Positions 48,783 to 62,339 of a stretch of 64,000 nt of DNA are shown piece after piece (position 1 is the stretch's first letter; each line of letters begins with the position of its first letter). The stretch is from Alloascoidea hylecoeti (lineage: Eukaryota). Where the stretch lies: the NCBI GenBank assembly GCA_001600815.1, contig BCKZ01000018.1, positions 339,974-403,973 of the forward strand. The letters are read 5' to 3'. Below the pieces are notes generated by a model. That model made no database searches and was not told the origin of the DNA. It was given only the letters and a program-made list of their open reading frames with translations. The translations under genes and the position numbers were made by a program.

Positions 48783-50210
48783 TCATTCACCATATAGTGG
48801 ATGAGTGTGGCCAGCAATTATTCTTCTTGATTTTCTCACTGGATGACTTGGATTTATGCTACCTGAGCTTTTAGCTCGTTCTCGTCTACCTGATCTTCGC
48901 CTTGGAGTTGTATTCGAAAATTTTTTACCGTTAAATTTTTTCTTTATTTTTGGGGGTTTATCTTTTATAGCATTTAAAAAATTAAACCTTTTCCTTGATA
49001 AAAGATCTGATGTATCCATTTTATCTAATCCTCCAGTTTCCTCCCTAACAGCTTCGTTTATAAAAACCATTAGATTCTTTATCATTGAAACCATATCGGA
49101 TCCAGTATCGGGATTTGTATCTATTTTTCTAATTATCTCTTCAAACCCGTGAAGAAGATCGGGATAATCATATAAATCATCGAATATACTGTTGATTTCA
49201 TCATTCAGGTCTTCGTCTTGTAATCTATCATTTTTTATGGCTAACTTGATTAATCTTAAGAATCTTATTGATAAACAACTATATCCAAATGTTACGGATG
49301 ACATGTTCTGAAGATATAGTCGAATATATAATTCTAATTCTGTTCCTTCTATATTAACATGTCGTGGCCTGAAACCGTTGTTTATTTCTTCCTCTTTCTC
49401 TTTCTCATCCTCTTCCTCCTCCTCGTCGTCGTCTTCAATTTGAATAATTTCACGATTACCCAAATTCCATGCTGGGCTTGAATTATAAGTAGCCTTCATA
49501 ATACTCTTGCCTTTTTCTTTATCTGTCTGAATATCTGAATCTAAATTTGATAGTATAGACACTGTGGAAGATTCACTTGAAATATCGATTGCTTCATCTT
49601 TGATTCGAAACGGTGTTTCCGAGTTTAGTGAGGTTGTGGGAGAAATATAAGAAGTTTGTTGATTTGCATTGGAATTACCAGAATGTTGCAGATTTTGGTT
49701 ATTTTCGAGAAGACCTGTCGTGATACTCCAAGTTCCAGATGATCTGGCGTTAAATAGTTGGTTGGCAAGACCACTGGCTAATTTGATGGTCTCTCTAGAT
49801 CTTATTTTGTTATTCTTAAGTCTTTTCTTTCCTGCCTTTATATGTTTGGGCGAATTATTGTTGTGATTTGATTTATTGTGGCTATTATTCGTATCTGTCG
49901 TACTTGTAGTATTGGTGCTATGGGATGCTTGGTGGCCAGCTGACCAGGTGAGTGGATTACCCTTCGGTTCAAAAGAAATGTTTGCCTTTGCGCTTGAGCC
50001 GGAGGTAACATTATTAGTTCCAGATCTTGCATTTATAGACATGGAAACGGGGCTTTGTGAGTGATTATCAGCCACAACGTTCGGTGTCGAATCTGTTGAA
50101 GATTTTGAAGGAAACGTTTCTACAGTTTCATTATTATTGGTATCTTCTTTGTTAATAAAAAATGGGTTTTTGGCTAAGGTTTTTACAGCACAGTTGTCGA
50201 TAGCCTCCAT
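48783..50210 (-). CDS. Unknown nuclear-type protein with low-complexity N-terminus, acidic tract, possible PAH-like helical domain and basic C-terminus
   Basis: ~475-aa ORF from ATG 50210 containing FLRLIKL...INSIFDDLYDYPDLLHGFEEII and the basic segment KKKF..RRRSGRRER. Confidence 0.7.
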   Translation of the reverse strand: MEAIDNCAVKTLAKNPFFINKEDTNNNETVETFPSKSSTDSTPNVVADNHSQSPVSMSINARSGTNNVTSGSSAKANISFEPKGNPLTWSAGHQASHSTNTTSTTDTNNSHNKSNHNNNSPKHIKAGKKRLKNNKIRSRETIKLASGLANQLFNARSSGTWSITTGLLENNQNLQHSGNSNANQQTSYISPTTSLNSETPFRIKDEAIDISSESSTVSILSNLDSDIQTDKEKGKSIMKATYNSSPAWNLGNREIIQIEDDDEEEEEDEKEKEEEINNGFRPRHVNIEGTELELYIRLYLQNMSSVTFGYSCLSIRFLRLIKLAIKNDRLQDEDLNDEINSIFDDLYDYPDLLHGFEEIIRKIDTNPDTGSDMVSMIKNLMVFINEAVREETGGLDKMDTSDLLSRKRFNFLNAIKDKPPKIKKKFNGKKFSNTTPRRRSGRRERAKSSGSINPSHPVRKSRRIIAGHTHPLYGE

Positions 50211-50539
50211 GGCAAAAGCAAACGCCAAAAATATTCACAAATACTGTTGTGAAAGGGTTATAGAAATGCCAGTATATGCTTATCACCAGCTATGGCTATA
50301 GTTTGGTTGACGAACCGTCCTTAAGTCTATTATTAGAAGAAACGCGTGTGGTTTCTAAAAGTTTTTTCTTTTTGTCGCTTTGAAGAGTGAGTGGGAAATT
50401 TGGGACACCACTGACCACCAAACAAGGCAGAAATTTCTACACAATTAAACAATGAAAATACAAACACAATAACAGCGCGTCAGAAGGACTCCCCGATATT
50501 GTGGTTCTATAATGATATCCATCCATTTTTGTATTACTG

Positions 50540-53500
50540 TTTTATTCTTTTGTTTTCTTCATGCGAAGCTAGGAAACAAACACCCAGATACTAACGGATC
50601 TGATGAGTGAAAGGGACCAATGCCAATACACCAGTAGGCTATATTCGGATGATATTCGAATTCCCTGAGGAGCCACAGTATTTCAATGAAGTTTTAGTTA
50701 CATGGTGGGTACGCTAATGCCGCTCTTCACATATTCTAGCAACCCGTTAATTTTATTAAGATCGTTTCAAATGTAGGCTTAATAGCACACCAAAATAACC
50801 ATTGAGCCAGTTTCTGTGAAACGAAAACTTTACAACCGTAATAAAATTAAAAAATCCGTATATAGCGATTGCATATCTACTAATCTAATAACATTTAAGC
50901 CTCAATTCAATTGCTTAATATAGGAACATACGTGAAATTGAGCTTGAGACGGCATCCTCCAATTACTAAAAGTAAGAACGAAACTCAAGACTAATCCATT
51001 ATCTATTGCGAATATAATTACACTAGTGGCCCATATGATATGGGCACGCATTTATCCCTATTTCCAGAAATAGTTAAACATTCAGCTAATAAAACCGTTA
51101 TCCCCATTATTCATACACCAGAAATACTTTCTACTCCAAAATGCATATCTAGCTACTGTGGATTATACGATAAAGTACATATTAGCATTCAAGATTATTC
51201 CAACGCCACACCGCAAGCTATCAGCCCTCACACTATAGGTTCAGGCTCCTAATGGTAAGTGTAATCCATTGGGTTACATATAAACTCTACAAGAACTTAG
51301 GAACCAATTTTCAACTCCAGATTAGTTATACATCTCAAAAGTACCCGCGGAAGCAAGCACTTTGATAGATCATGACGATGGGGCAGCTAAGACACATCAA
51401 GAATTAGGGACATTTTCTCCTCGTGTGAAGCATCTTACCAACTTAGTAGCTTAATTCACAATTAACCTCAGGCGACAATCTCTCTCTAAATTTAGCTTCT
51501 GAACAGTGCTGTACAGCATAGGTAATATGATTGTGGTGCACATCTCCATTAATATACAATACATTGTTATTTTTTGTTTCTAAGCACAATTGTATAAATA
51601 TATACCCCCACTTACAATGAATGCTAAATGCATTATCCATACGCTCCATTTCATTTACTCTCCTTTCCATTCCATACAAGCGCTATCTACAGCTTTAATA
51701 ATACCCTCATCACCTCGTGCATTCACCAAAACCAATAGTTCACTTCACATCTATGAATGATGCAGGATTAAGTTATTAGACCATTTTGATAAAAGATTCC
51801 TTATTTTCCATGAGGCATCAATACCAATATAGTGCCTGTGCACTACCATTGATATCACGTATAACCCAATTCACCATTTTTTCAGACAGGCACCTACACC
51901 GTTCATTGCTATGTAACTTCATTTCATTGACGTAGGGATACTTTTCCATTCTTCTGAAGCTTACCTCTAGCTACACGTTGTCGATCCTTAGCTTTTTCTA
52001 CCCTCCCGTGCACCCTTGGGATACCCCTCGGATCCATCACTGGCCCACCGGTCATCAAATGCTTTAATGACGTATGATCCCTTGGTAGATATTCAGACGT
52101 TTAGATATTGTAGTTGAATATGCCTTACCAGCTCAGAGTGCACAAAAGTCTCCGGTTAGAGACGCCACTATAAGGCACTCCATCCCCATCTTATCAGCGT
52201 CTATGAATTCCGGCATTCACAATTAGATCTAATATTGAGACTGTCCTGATGCGATGTGGGATATTGTTGATGATATACCTGGGGTGCAGGACCGTGAATC
52301 AGCGCAGTCATCCATGCACATGTTATGAATCCAAACAATATTCGCTCACACTTAGAGCACATCCGCTCTGGAGCTATATTGGCGTCCTTTACTAATGATT
52401 AAGTAACATCATGGTTCAGCTTCTGATATCCACTCGTGGAAGTTTAACGCTAACCGCCAGTTTCGCTCTTATGTCGCTTCCCTTCCTATGACACTTTAGG
52501 TCACATCGCCTACTACTCACTTCCGGTACTGCAGATCCCGATTCCTCCCCATCAAATATTTTCTATATATGAATATATATTGAGACAACTGTTGAGTGAA
52601 CTGTGTATATTGAATTTCAGAATGGTGCCAGCCGTTTCTAGTCCCCCAGAATTACCTATTCTGTCTCGAGTGAGGGTATAGTGAAATCTAAATTGATGCC
52701 CTTCATGGACACACGCCGCTGCACAACTATATAGGTATCGCTCCCAATAGCTACCGCTATGAAGATCTTGGCGGGAAACGCAATTGATGATGATAGGCGC
52801 ATATATACCGGATGAGATCCATCTGAAGCGTGCGTTATCATGATTGATGCGCGGTGGGTTCCAATAGATTTCTAGGGAATACTATCTGATGTCTAGTAGT
52901 CACACGCAATTGAGGATCCATCATCGGTTGGCCGGTCTGGATGTACCAAATATGTTACCAACTTATAGTGTGGGTGGTGAACTGTATCTTAGTTGGCTAT
53001 GGGAAATATGCACTCAATAGGCGATAATAGTAAGCGCTGTTCGACTGTCTATTTGGGCACTGTGCATTAGCTGTGTGTATTCGTGTCCGCATAGTCGTTA
53101 ATGTGCCCAGGGTCGTGTTAGGAGGTCACCCGTCCATGGTGGTATTTTTCAATGGTTTTTAAGTAAGTGTAAGCGTGTATTTGGTGAGTTTATTTAAAAT
53201 TATTCCTTTCATAATAGTTACCAGATTTTCCTGTTCTTGAGTAAAGGATTGAGACACAACACCAGTATGGTTTAGGAATGAGCAAATAGAATAGAAAGTA
53301 TTCAGGTTATGTAAGTGGAACTCAGTAATGTCTACCGCTAGATGAAGAGGGCAGATAATATATTGCTATCTGTTAAGAAACTCATTGAAATGTTAAAAGA
53401 AACTCATGATGCGTTTCTCCCATGTATGATCGTAGTGTGCTAGTAGTATTGGGATATAAATTAATGAGCGACACAGATTGGAGTTTTACCCGTTGTTGGG

Positions 53501-54100
53501 CGCTTCGACACCGAAAGGAGTATAGAATGGATAGAGGCAGTAGGTCACGAAAGATGGATGACGGAGTTGACTTTATACTATATGAGTGTTGGCAGTCATG
53601 ATGCGGTGCCAGGATGGGACATTGGTGTAGAATGAAGGTCTGGCGAGAGTCAGGTTGTTGTGCACATTTAAAGAAGCGATGGATTAAGGGCCCTGATTCA
53701 CTTTATGGATGGTGTATGGGATCTTGTTTAATGTAGATTGCGGAGTAGGTAGAGGTAAGCATAACCCAGAATATATCTGGGGAAGGTTTCCGCCGCGGGC
53801 CGATCTGCGAATCAGAGGTCTTTGGTGATGGGTATGAAAGGGATATTTCAGCGAAAAGTGGTTTGGGGAGTGTGTGCACCAGAAAGTGCCTTTATCAGAT
53901 CATTCGTATAATTGTTTCCATATTTGTAACAGGTTGGCATTCTATTATGCATAAGTATAAATTAGGGTTCATGCACAAACTGGGGACATGTATTACCTAA
54001 GTTTCAATGGACCAGGAGGTGTCACGTGGAGAGGACGACTCATGCCCACGGGGGGAGCCAAGTGCACCCTAAGACTCTGATAAAGTATGAGTGCCTGAGA
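50540..54100 (-). mobile_element. Highly decayed non-LTR (L1/Tx1-like) retrotransposon relic; ends uncertain
   Basis: Raised GC and no long ORF. Minus-strand fragments lie in LINE order: APE-like VGNIFG (52962-52945), VVGD (52516-52505), LDLI (52232-52221), then RT-like GITVLL..CVPISY (51104-51033) and QGIR..VLALVPF..IR (50667-50594). Confidence 0.5.
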
Positions 54101-55526
54101 TTGTGGTGTTGCTGCAAGTAGTGCAATTTCCTCTTTTGGAGGTTGTTGTGCCTTAAAACTTCGTAGATTGTGGGATATTAACTACTCACCATAATTGTTT
54201 TTTTTCGTTAAGAATTTTGCAATTAGAGATACATATATAATCTATTTTATCAGTATTTACATACATCCCAGCACTCTTATTCGTCCATGTTTGATCCGAA
54301 CGCATCTCTAGTACAAGAGACTCTTCTTAGAGAGACAACGACTATGATGTGACTGAGAATAAACAATTTTCCTCTTCCAAGAGTATGCATGCAACTCTAC
54401 ACCCTACGCCATTAAGAGATATCACATGAACCCATCCACGCATGCATCTAAATTTGGTGTGGACAGGATGATCGTGCATTATGTTTTCCAACACCCCATT
54501 TTGAGTCCCCAGCCATCAAACACCAACAACATTAAATCATATTTAAAGATATCACCAGATATTAAATTGAAAATCAAATATTATCATCGTTTTGTTTTAC
54601 TCATTTTGCTTTGCGTTAATGAGATATTGGGGTTCCAAAATATTATCCTCTTCTCTCATTCGCATATATATGTACGTATGTAGTGCATAATTACCTAATT
54701 AGGCATCCCAACACCTATTCACCTGAACCAGTATTTCAGTCTTTGACTCATGAAAATCCAGCTGCAATTGAAATAAGAAAAATATAGGATTCATCGTTTA
54801 CAATAATTACAAACATTCCTTTTAGACCAAAAATACAGTAAAATTATTTATGCTTAATATTTTTGTATAAGCAATACAGTAGTATATGTGATAGGTCTGC
54901 ATATGTGCAGGTCCGAACAAGGTAGTGCGGCGGATGCACAGCGCCCTATGAGGCAGTTACCCATCCATGATCCAATTTTCAATTCGCCTTCTCACTATGT
55001 AGTAGGATGTACATGTATGCATGTTCATCCAAACTGTCCACCACCGTAGATTTTATTATATGTATTTCTGAACTAGGTACTTTTATTCGTATGATCGTGA
55101 AATATGTAGGCATAGTTGAGAGTTAGGAATTAAGGTCAAGGAGGAATATTTGATAATGAGATCCAGAAATTAATTTGAAACGATAGGAATTATAAGTTTT
55201 TTATAAAGAGAAAATTTGCTTTTCAAATACATGTGCTATAGTACATCAGAATCTAATTCAATATTGTATAAATGAGCGATCTTTAAAGTTTAAAGGATAC
55301 ATAATAACTACTAATTATGAGAAACTAATAACTGTAATCTACACATTTACGGTTTTATTAATTAACCTCATGATTAATCGGTACTATCTCAATCATATTC
55401 CGAAAGTGTTACATATAGCTTGTCGATATTCATAATATTATTATCCTATAAATAGTTTATAACCTTATAACTAATATAAGCTTAAGCTTAAGTGAATCAC
55501 ATATTATATGTCTGTTTGCTACCTGA

Positions 55527-58198
55527 TTAACTTGATGGTGATGGTATACCAAGTTCAAAATCAAAATACGAGCTTGATGGTAATGCAGTTATATTTGTAG
55601 CTTCGAAGTCTTTAAACTTGTTGTAATTATATTCTAGATCTTCCATTGTTTCATTGACATTCTCAATCAAACAGCTCCATGTCTTTCGATCTGAATTTAA
55701 AGATTTCTTATTGGTACTTTTAGTTCTTATTTTTTCATTGTCCATATCAATATCCATACCGAAATCATTCGACTTTTTGTAGTTTTCTAGATCTATATCT
55801 AAGTCTTTACCTGAATCAATATCCTGCCCTAAACTTTCATTAGTCTTAATTTTTCCAAGTCGTAACGAACCAATTTCTAAAATGCATTCAAATACTTGTC
55901 TCCAATCCCCAACATGATGTATTATTCCATTATAATCATTAAAAATCGGAAGTATTTGACCATGAATTGCAGCGCTATTTTTATTATAACCAATTTGAAC
56001 AATTTCAAAAGAATCATTATTATTTGATAAATTTGAACCATGGAAAAATTGAGCATAGTCCATGAGGGTGTTATATTTGCAGATTAGTAGTTTTGATTCA
56101 TTATGGTTTTCTTTAATGAAAGCTTCCATTGCTATTAAAAATATATATATATTTGTTAGTATATTTTTTATCTCTCTAATGTAAGATTTAAGAAGGTGAT
56201 ATAATACTAACTTTTTTCAAAAATATTTCTTCCATTTTCTTTTATAAATCTATCATTTATATTTCCTAATAATTTCCCCCATTCATCATGACTATTTAAA
56301 CTATCTGTTGTTAAGTAAACCTTTTCGCTATTTTTATTAATTTCATTATATGAAACTAAAATAATTCTCATTCTATCATTATCTTCTAAACAAGTTAAAA
56401 GTGCTTCAATTGATTGTTTGACAAGTTTATTAATTTCAGGATTATTTTCATGAATAATTAATAAAGCTACTGATTTTTTGGATCTCTTATTATTTTCGCA
56501 ATTATATAAGTTAAAGGAATTTTCATTAAATAGATTTGAAGAAGTAAGTAAGGAAGGTGAAATTGTTGTAAGTGATTGATCATTGTTAAAGCCACTGCTA
56601 TTACCAATTAAGTGATAATCGATCAAAGGAGAAGGATATGGAGAGGCATATGGAGTAGCATATAACGATGTAATATTAATTGTAGAAGTAATATCTTTTG
56701 GTCCAACTTTCCAATTTTCATCAAGTAATCCACAGGTCCATTTTTCTAATAATGCATTTGAAGGAGATGTAAAATAAATATGTGGTAATTTAGAAGAAAC
56801 TAAATTCATATCTATTACATTATCATTATCTTTTGGAATTGATATTGATATAAGATGGGTTTTCATTTTTATTATTCCTTTAATGAAATATTTTGTTAAT
56901 CTATTATTAGTTGAAGAGGAAGAAGATGTAAAATGTAATGGTAAATAAGAATTATCAACTTTTATTAAAAGTAAAATTTCTTCAAAAAGGAGACATAATA
57001 AAGGTTGTGATTGTGATTGTGATGGCTGTGAATGAGGACTAACAAACAAGAAATCAATCAATCTTAAGGAACCAAAAGTTGAAATATCTAGGTTTTTCCA
57101 ATCATGAATTCCAGCTATCAAATCTGACATAATTTTAAATTGGATCATGGAAAGATCGTTATGTTCTGACTCTCCCTCAGTTAATGTTGGATCATGGTCT
57201 TGGCAATGATTATTAATTAAAGACTCAGGTGAAAATAATGAATATTTAAAAGAAGCGATTACATCATTTTTTACTGTTAGATGACTTGATACTGTTTTCA
57301 TATACTCTTGTTGAGTTGAGTTAGTATTATAATTATAACCATGATGAGGGACTAATTTATGTACTGCATCAGATGCAGAGTTATTTTTAACAGGAAGAGT
57401 CTTGAAACTTTTCTCTGTAGGAAGATCAGGAAGAGGTGCAGAATTCTTTCTGACAGCCTTTTCATGTATTGAATTCCTAAAGTCAATTTGTTTTAAACCA
57501 ATATCGTCTTTAATTAGTATCGTTGATTGTTTCATAACATCAATTATAATATTATTCAGAACACCCTCATCAACAGGCATAATGAAAGTTTTATTGTTAC
57601 ATTTGGGACAAATTGGTAAAATATTTAATTTTGAAAGAGGAATTGTTTTTATTGTATTTTCAAATTTCGTATATTCTTCATTAATTTGCAATCTAATTTG
57701 ATCAGTAAGACAACTTTCATGACATGAATGACGACATTTTAAATCAAGATGCTTTTCATTATATTCAAAAGTCCTAAATCCATCTTTACATAAACAACAT
57801 GTATATTTATCTAGTTGTCTTTTTGATTGAATTGTTTCATAACTATGAGGGTAGATAGGCTCATAAGCATGATCAAGATTAATACTACCTTGATCAGATG
57901 CAGCTTTGGAAGTTGTTCCTAAATTTAAATTTAAACTTGTAGTGAGCGTTCCAGTTGACATAGAATGATCATGATGACGATAATGATTTTGTAACTCAGC
58001 ACTTAAAGAAATCTTATGTCTTTTTAATTTTGTTGGAGAAAATAGTTTGATATCCCCCTTAATGACTTTTTTAAGCCTAGAAGTTCTTTTAACTTTACGT
58101 CCAGAATCAGATCCAGATCCAGATTCAGGCTCATGATTAGGATGGGGCATTGAAAAGGCTGAATTTTTTGTAGAAGAAGACTGGAATTTTTCAAACAT
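55527..58198 (-). CDS. Far1/Ste5-family pheromone-pathway scaffold (RING-H2 + PH + vWA-like), 2 exons: 58198-56212, 56131-55527, ~863 aa
   Basis: RING CCLCKDGF..LKCRHSCHESC..CPKC and PH-like FGSLRLIDFL..LCLLFEEILLLIK..LLEKW. Intron 56211-56132 (GTTAGT..TACTAAC..TAG) fuses two track ORFs in frame. Confidence 0.75.
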
Positions 58199-59160
58199 TT
58201 ATATTGAATAAGAAATAATTATAAGGAGATCAAAACAAAATTCATAAAAGGAGAGAAAAGGGTAAACAAATTCGAAATGCAGAAATGAGTAGCTTTTTAT
58301 AACTCATAGAACTGCAGGTTAAAGATGACAATTGCGATATTAAAGGTATATGGAGAAGTAATTATTAGAGATCCTAGCCAAATGACCAATCATGCTATCG
58401 TTGTGAGTTGAATATAACAAACTCCACATAATTATATATAAGATCGATAAAATATAAATTTATATTGTACTTAAGAAAGTTTCAATTTGTGGAGAAGCTT
58501 AAGTACTAGTCCTAGGGCTGATTAACAATCTCAACTATGTTTGTACCTGGTATAAGGTAATCCGAGGTTTGGAATGACTATCAATTTTATGAATTTATAT
58601 TCATTGTCCTAATTTGATGGAGTAGGGATAGGATGTACCCCATGATATGTAGCATTTTCCCTAGGCCCTAATTATGGGAGTACAATGATCGATATGCATA
58701 GCAGTTATATTAACTATTAATTTATTAATTTTAACAGCGTTGAAACCCAATTAGAGTCCAGTCTTTCTGTTGTCTGGTATAAATCCCTTACCCGATGGGA
58801 CACGGTGCTTCGTTCGTCCCGCGGCTTACGCTGCAGCCTAATTCCGGGCTGTGTTTTGGATACCGGGCACTAGTGACCACCACCCTCAGAACACCCTCGT
58901 CTTTATACTTCCCCCCACAGGCATACCCCCCTTCACCCTCGGAGTACCCTCAGAATACCCTGCCTCTCTCTGTCTCCCAATACCTCCGTTCCACCTCATT
59001 TGCTACCTACCTGTGGATATTGCCCTAGTGATCTGCTACTGTACCATACAGCATTGCTCTATATATTTTAATATTAGCATTTCAACCTGATCACCACCTT
59101 CCAATCTTACTTCTATCTCCCTGTTTCCACCTCATCTTCCACTTCTCCAATCTGCCTCAC

Positions 59161-60510
59161 ATGGGAATTCCCTACACTTACTTTACAGACATACTGTCTG
59201 AAGCCAACACTTCTGAGCGGTCTTTATCCTCTTCTCCTAACTCTAACCTGGTTTCTAATCTACATCACGGTCGAAATGGCCTTCGGCAAGAGAAACGAGT
59301 AAGAATATCTGATGAAGGTGGTTATGTTTATTCTACTACCGATGTTGTCGTGCCTTCCGACTCGGACGTTCCAACTTCCTCTTCTTTAAACCCCGATGAG
59401 GATAATGGTCTCATCCACAGACTTCCACATAGAGATTACATGTCTGCTGAAATCGGCTCTGGTATTAACTTGAGACGTAAGTATTCCAAATGTCATTTTT
59501 TATCCACCCATTTGTTTTATTGCGGTTTTGTATCCTTAAAATTGCCCCTTTGTTTCCATTTCATTGTCTAACATCTATTAGGTCACAACGCTATTCGAAG
59601 GCGATCTAGAGACGGCCCAACTTCAGTTTCTTCATCAGTCGGCAGAAACTCCAATACTAGTCCTGTTTCTTTGGGCTTACGTGATACTGTTCCCGTTTCT
59701 GTGACACCAATAGCTACTGATACTAGTGCTGTGGGGGGTGTTAATTCACCACAGGTGCACTCAAATTCCATTAACACTACTACGACCGAAAGGATAATTT
59801 TCCCGTTTACATTCCAACCTTTCACAGATGACAATGGTGAAACACAGTATCGTTTTCAAAGATCTCAAATGAGGCATCGAGTGGTTCGAGGGCCGATACT
59901 TCAGTCCAACAACACTAGAGAAACCAATGCTGACCCTGTGCCATCACAATCATCATCTCTGTCCGAACCACGAGAAACTTCTATTCAGCCTGAACACTTC
60001 AATGTATTACCGATAGCAAATGATTCACGTGCTCCACAGCTTGATGATACGATTGAAATTGACCCGATAAACAATAGTCATTACGATGTTAGAGATTTAG
60101 GACGAATACAGGGTCATTTAACTCGGAATGGAAGAGATGTTAGAGAATACATGGATGAAGATGATTATTCCGATGCTGACACTGAATTGGACTCTGACGT
60201 CGATCCAAATATAGGTCTTAATTCTGGTTTAATACAAGATGGTTCAGAGACGACTGGAACGATAATTTCCGCTGTCAATGTTGCAACTAATGTTACGAAT
60301 GATCCTGAAATGACCCCTCGATCAAATGAAACTAACTCCGATCTTATAAATGGATTATATATTACTACTGTAATTAACAATCTTGATAATGAAAATTCCG
60401 CTGTTAATATCACACTGCCGATATCTCCAACGAATGCAGAAATGGAAGAGGATTTTGGTTTTAATTTGGAAGATTTACAAACATACAATCATATTTTTTG
60501 GGATTTGTAA
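59161..60510 (+). CDS. Unknown disordered S/T/N/D-rich protein, 2 exons: 59161-59476, 59582-60510 (~414 aa)
   Basis: A GTAAGT..TCTAAC..TAG intron joins two track ORFs in frame (INLRR|HNAIRRRSR). Confidence 0.7.
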
Positions 60511-61740
60511 AGGAATTTCTTCATCTTTTTACTTACCCTCTCCGCCTCCGTCCGGATATCTCATGTTTAATTTATAATCATTCCAATTTCATATTGAATT
60601 TTTTTCCCCTTATGATCTCTCATTATGGTTTACTTAACTGCGTAATTTAAAATTTTATTTTTGTTTTTATTTTCTTCTGTTTGAGGCTCTAGAGTCCATG
60701 ATCTGTATTCAATACCTGCAGGGTGGTTATTGTCATTGTCAATGTCATTGTTATTTTATAAAAAAAAAAAAAAAAAAGGATTTGCAGTTAACAATATATT
60801 TTTTAATACTTTTATTAATTTTTTTTTATATCTTTCTTTCCTTTTCTCTCCTTTTATTTGGTTTAATCACTCCCTTAATACCTATTTATTATTATTATAA
60901 TTACTACTACTATTATTTTTACTTTCTTGTATGTGGAATTGTGATTCTTTAAATTTTATTTATTTATTTGATTAGGAAATGAAATTTTTTGTTCTATTTT
61001 TTTATGAGGAAAAGATTATAGGCTATATAAAATGAGATATGAAAGAAGGGTTTATGTATCTAAACAGAGGACCCCTTTTTTAAAAAAATTCTTTATGTTT
61101 TGTCTTTTTGTCTTTTTACCTTTTATTTCTTTTAAATTTGACAATCCTAATTAATCAAATAATATGAAACAAGATAATGGTCAATACATGTAATTGTTAG
61201 TGCCAGGTTCTCATTCACGTGAGTCAGAAATACCCGCCCTCACAGTTAGTTATAGATATTATTGTTGCTTGTATCATAAACCGTGTCTTGATTGCTTTGA
61301 AAGTCCCTATTTATAAAGCCATCATTTATCATAGATATAAGCTCAAACTTAAAACGGTACCATTAGAACAAATGGTTGTTTTGTTGTCCTATTTTAAGAA
61401 CTTTGTTTTATATTATAAATGAATCAAATATCATGATATCATGATATCAACTTGTTTTGGTAAAATATCCAAGCACGTGTTTAACTAATTAAACATTGAT
61501 TAAGTTAATTTAATGAGTCAGAACTCAGAAGCAATTGGATTTTAGGGTTCATTATTTTATCAGGCCGGTTATAAAATGTGTAAATGAAATTTAAAAATAA
61601 AGATTCAACCTTCATTAACATGCTACGTAATGAATAAAAATTATATATATTGTATAGTTAGACTTAATAATTGTATATAAAAATCCAAATTAATTGATTA
61701 TCTATTTGTTGGGCATAATAACATTATTATGCCGTCATTC

Positions 61741-61873
61741 CACTTAATTTGGGCCATCCTTTAAATTAATAGGTAGTTGAGGGTTGGCCGAATATCAGTT
61801 ATAGATTGAATTATGGCTGCATATTTAGTCGAAATATAGTCTACTATTTGTAAATATGGCCGAACTTAAGTGA
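61741..61873. mobile_element. Putative MITE-like inverted-repeat relic, same family as 1546-1742
   Basis: Imperfect inverted repeat: cacttaatttgggccat (61741-61757) and atggccgaacttaagtg (61856-61872). Confidence 0.4.
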
Positions 61874-62339
61874 ACAATATAAGTTTTTTATTTTTTCAAC
61901 CTTTCATAAAATTTCCAATTAAAGGTTCTGACTAGAAATTATTTAACAGAATAAATCACTCATATGATGAAAACCTCAACCTCTTATTTAAGTATCAATA
62001 TTTTTTCTTCTTTATTATTCATATTTTATTTATGTTCCTTTACCTATGCCAGCTTAAAATATTTTTTTCAAATAAGGAAGTAAAAGAGTAGTATGGTTTT
62101 AACGGAAATAAAAAAGTAATATGGGTTTGACGGAAATAAGCAGTAAATTCCATTGTTTCCATATTTTTTTTGTTACAATAATTTGCTAAGATACAGTAGT
62201 TAGGGTCAATTGTAAAATATGTCTATAAGATCTTATGTATATAAATATGTTTAACTTTCCTATAAACAACCCCTTCTTATCAAAAAGATTAATTTAATTT
62301 AATATTGAAAAGCTTAATTATCAATTCGTTATAAAAATA

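Noticed and set aside
60698..60952. Hydrophobic 84-aa ORF
   Set aside because: It derives from poly-A/poly-T low-complexity sequence downstream of a gene.
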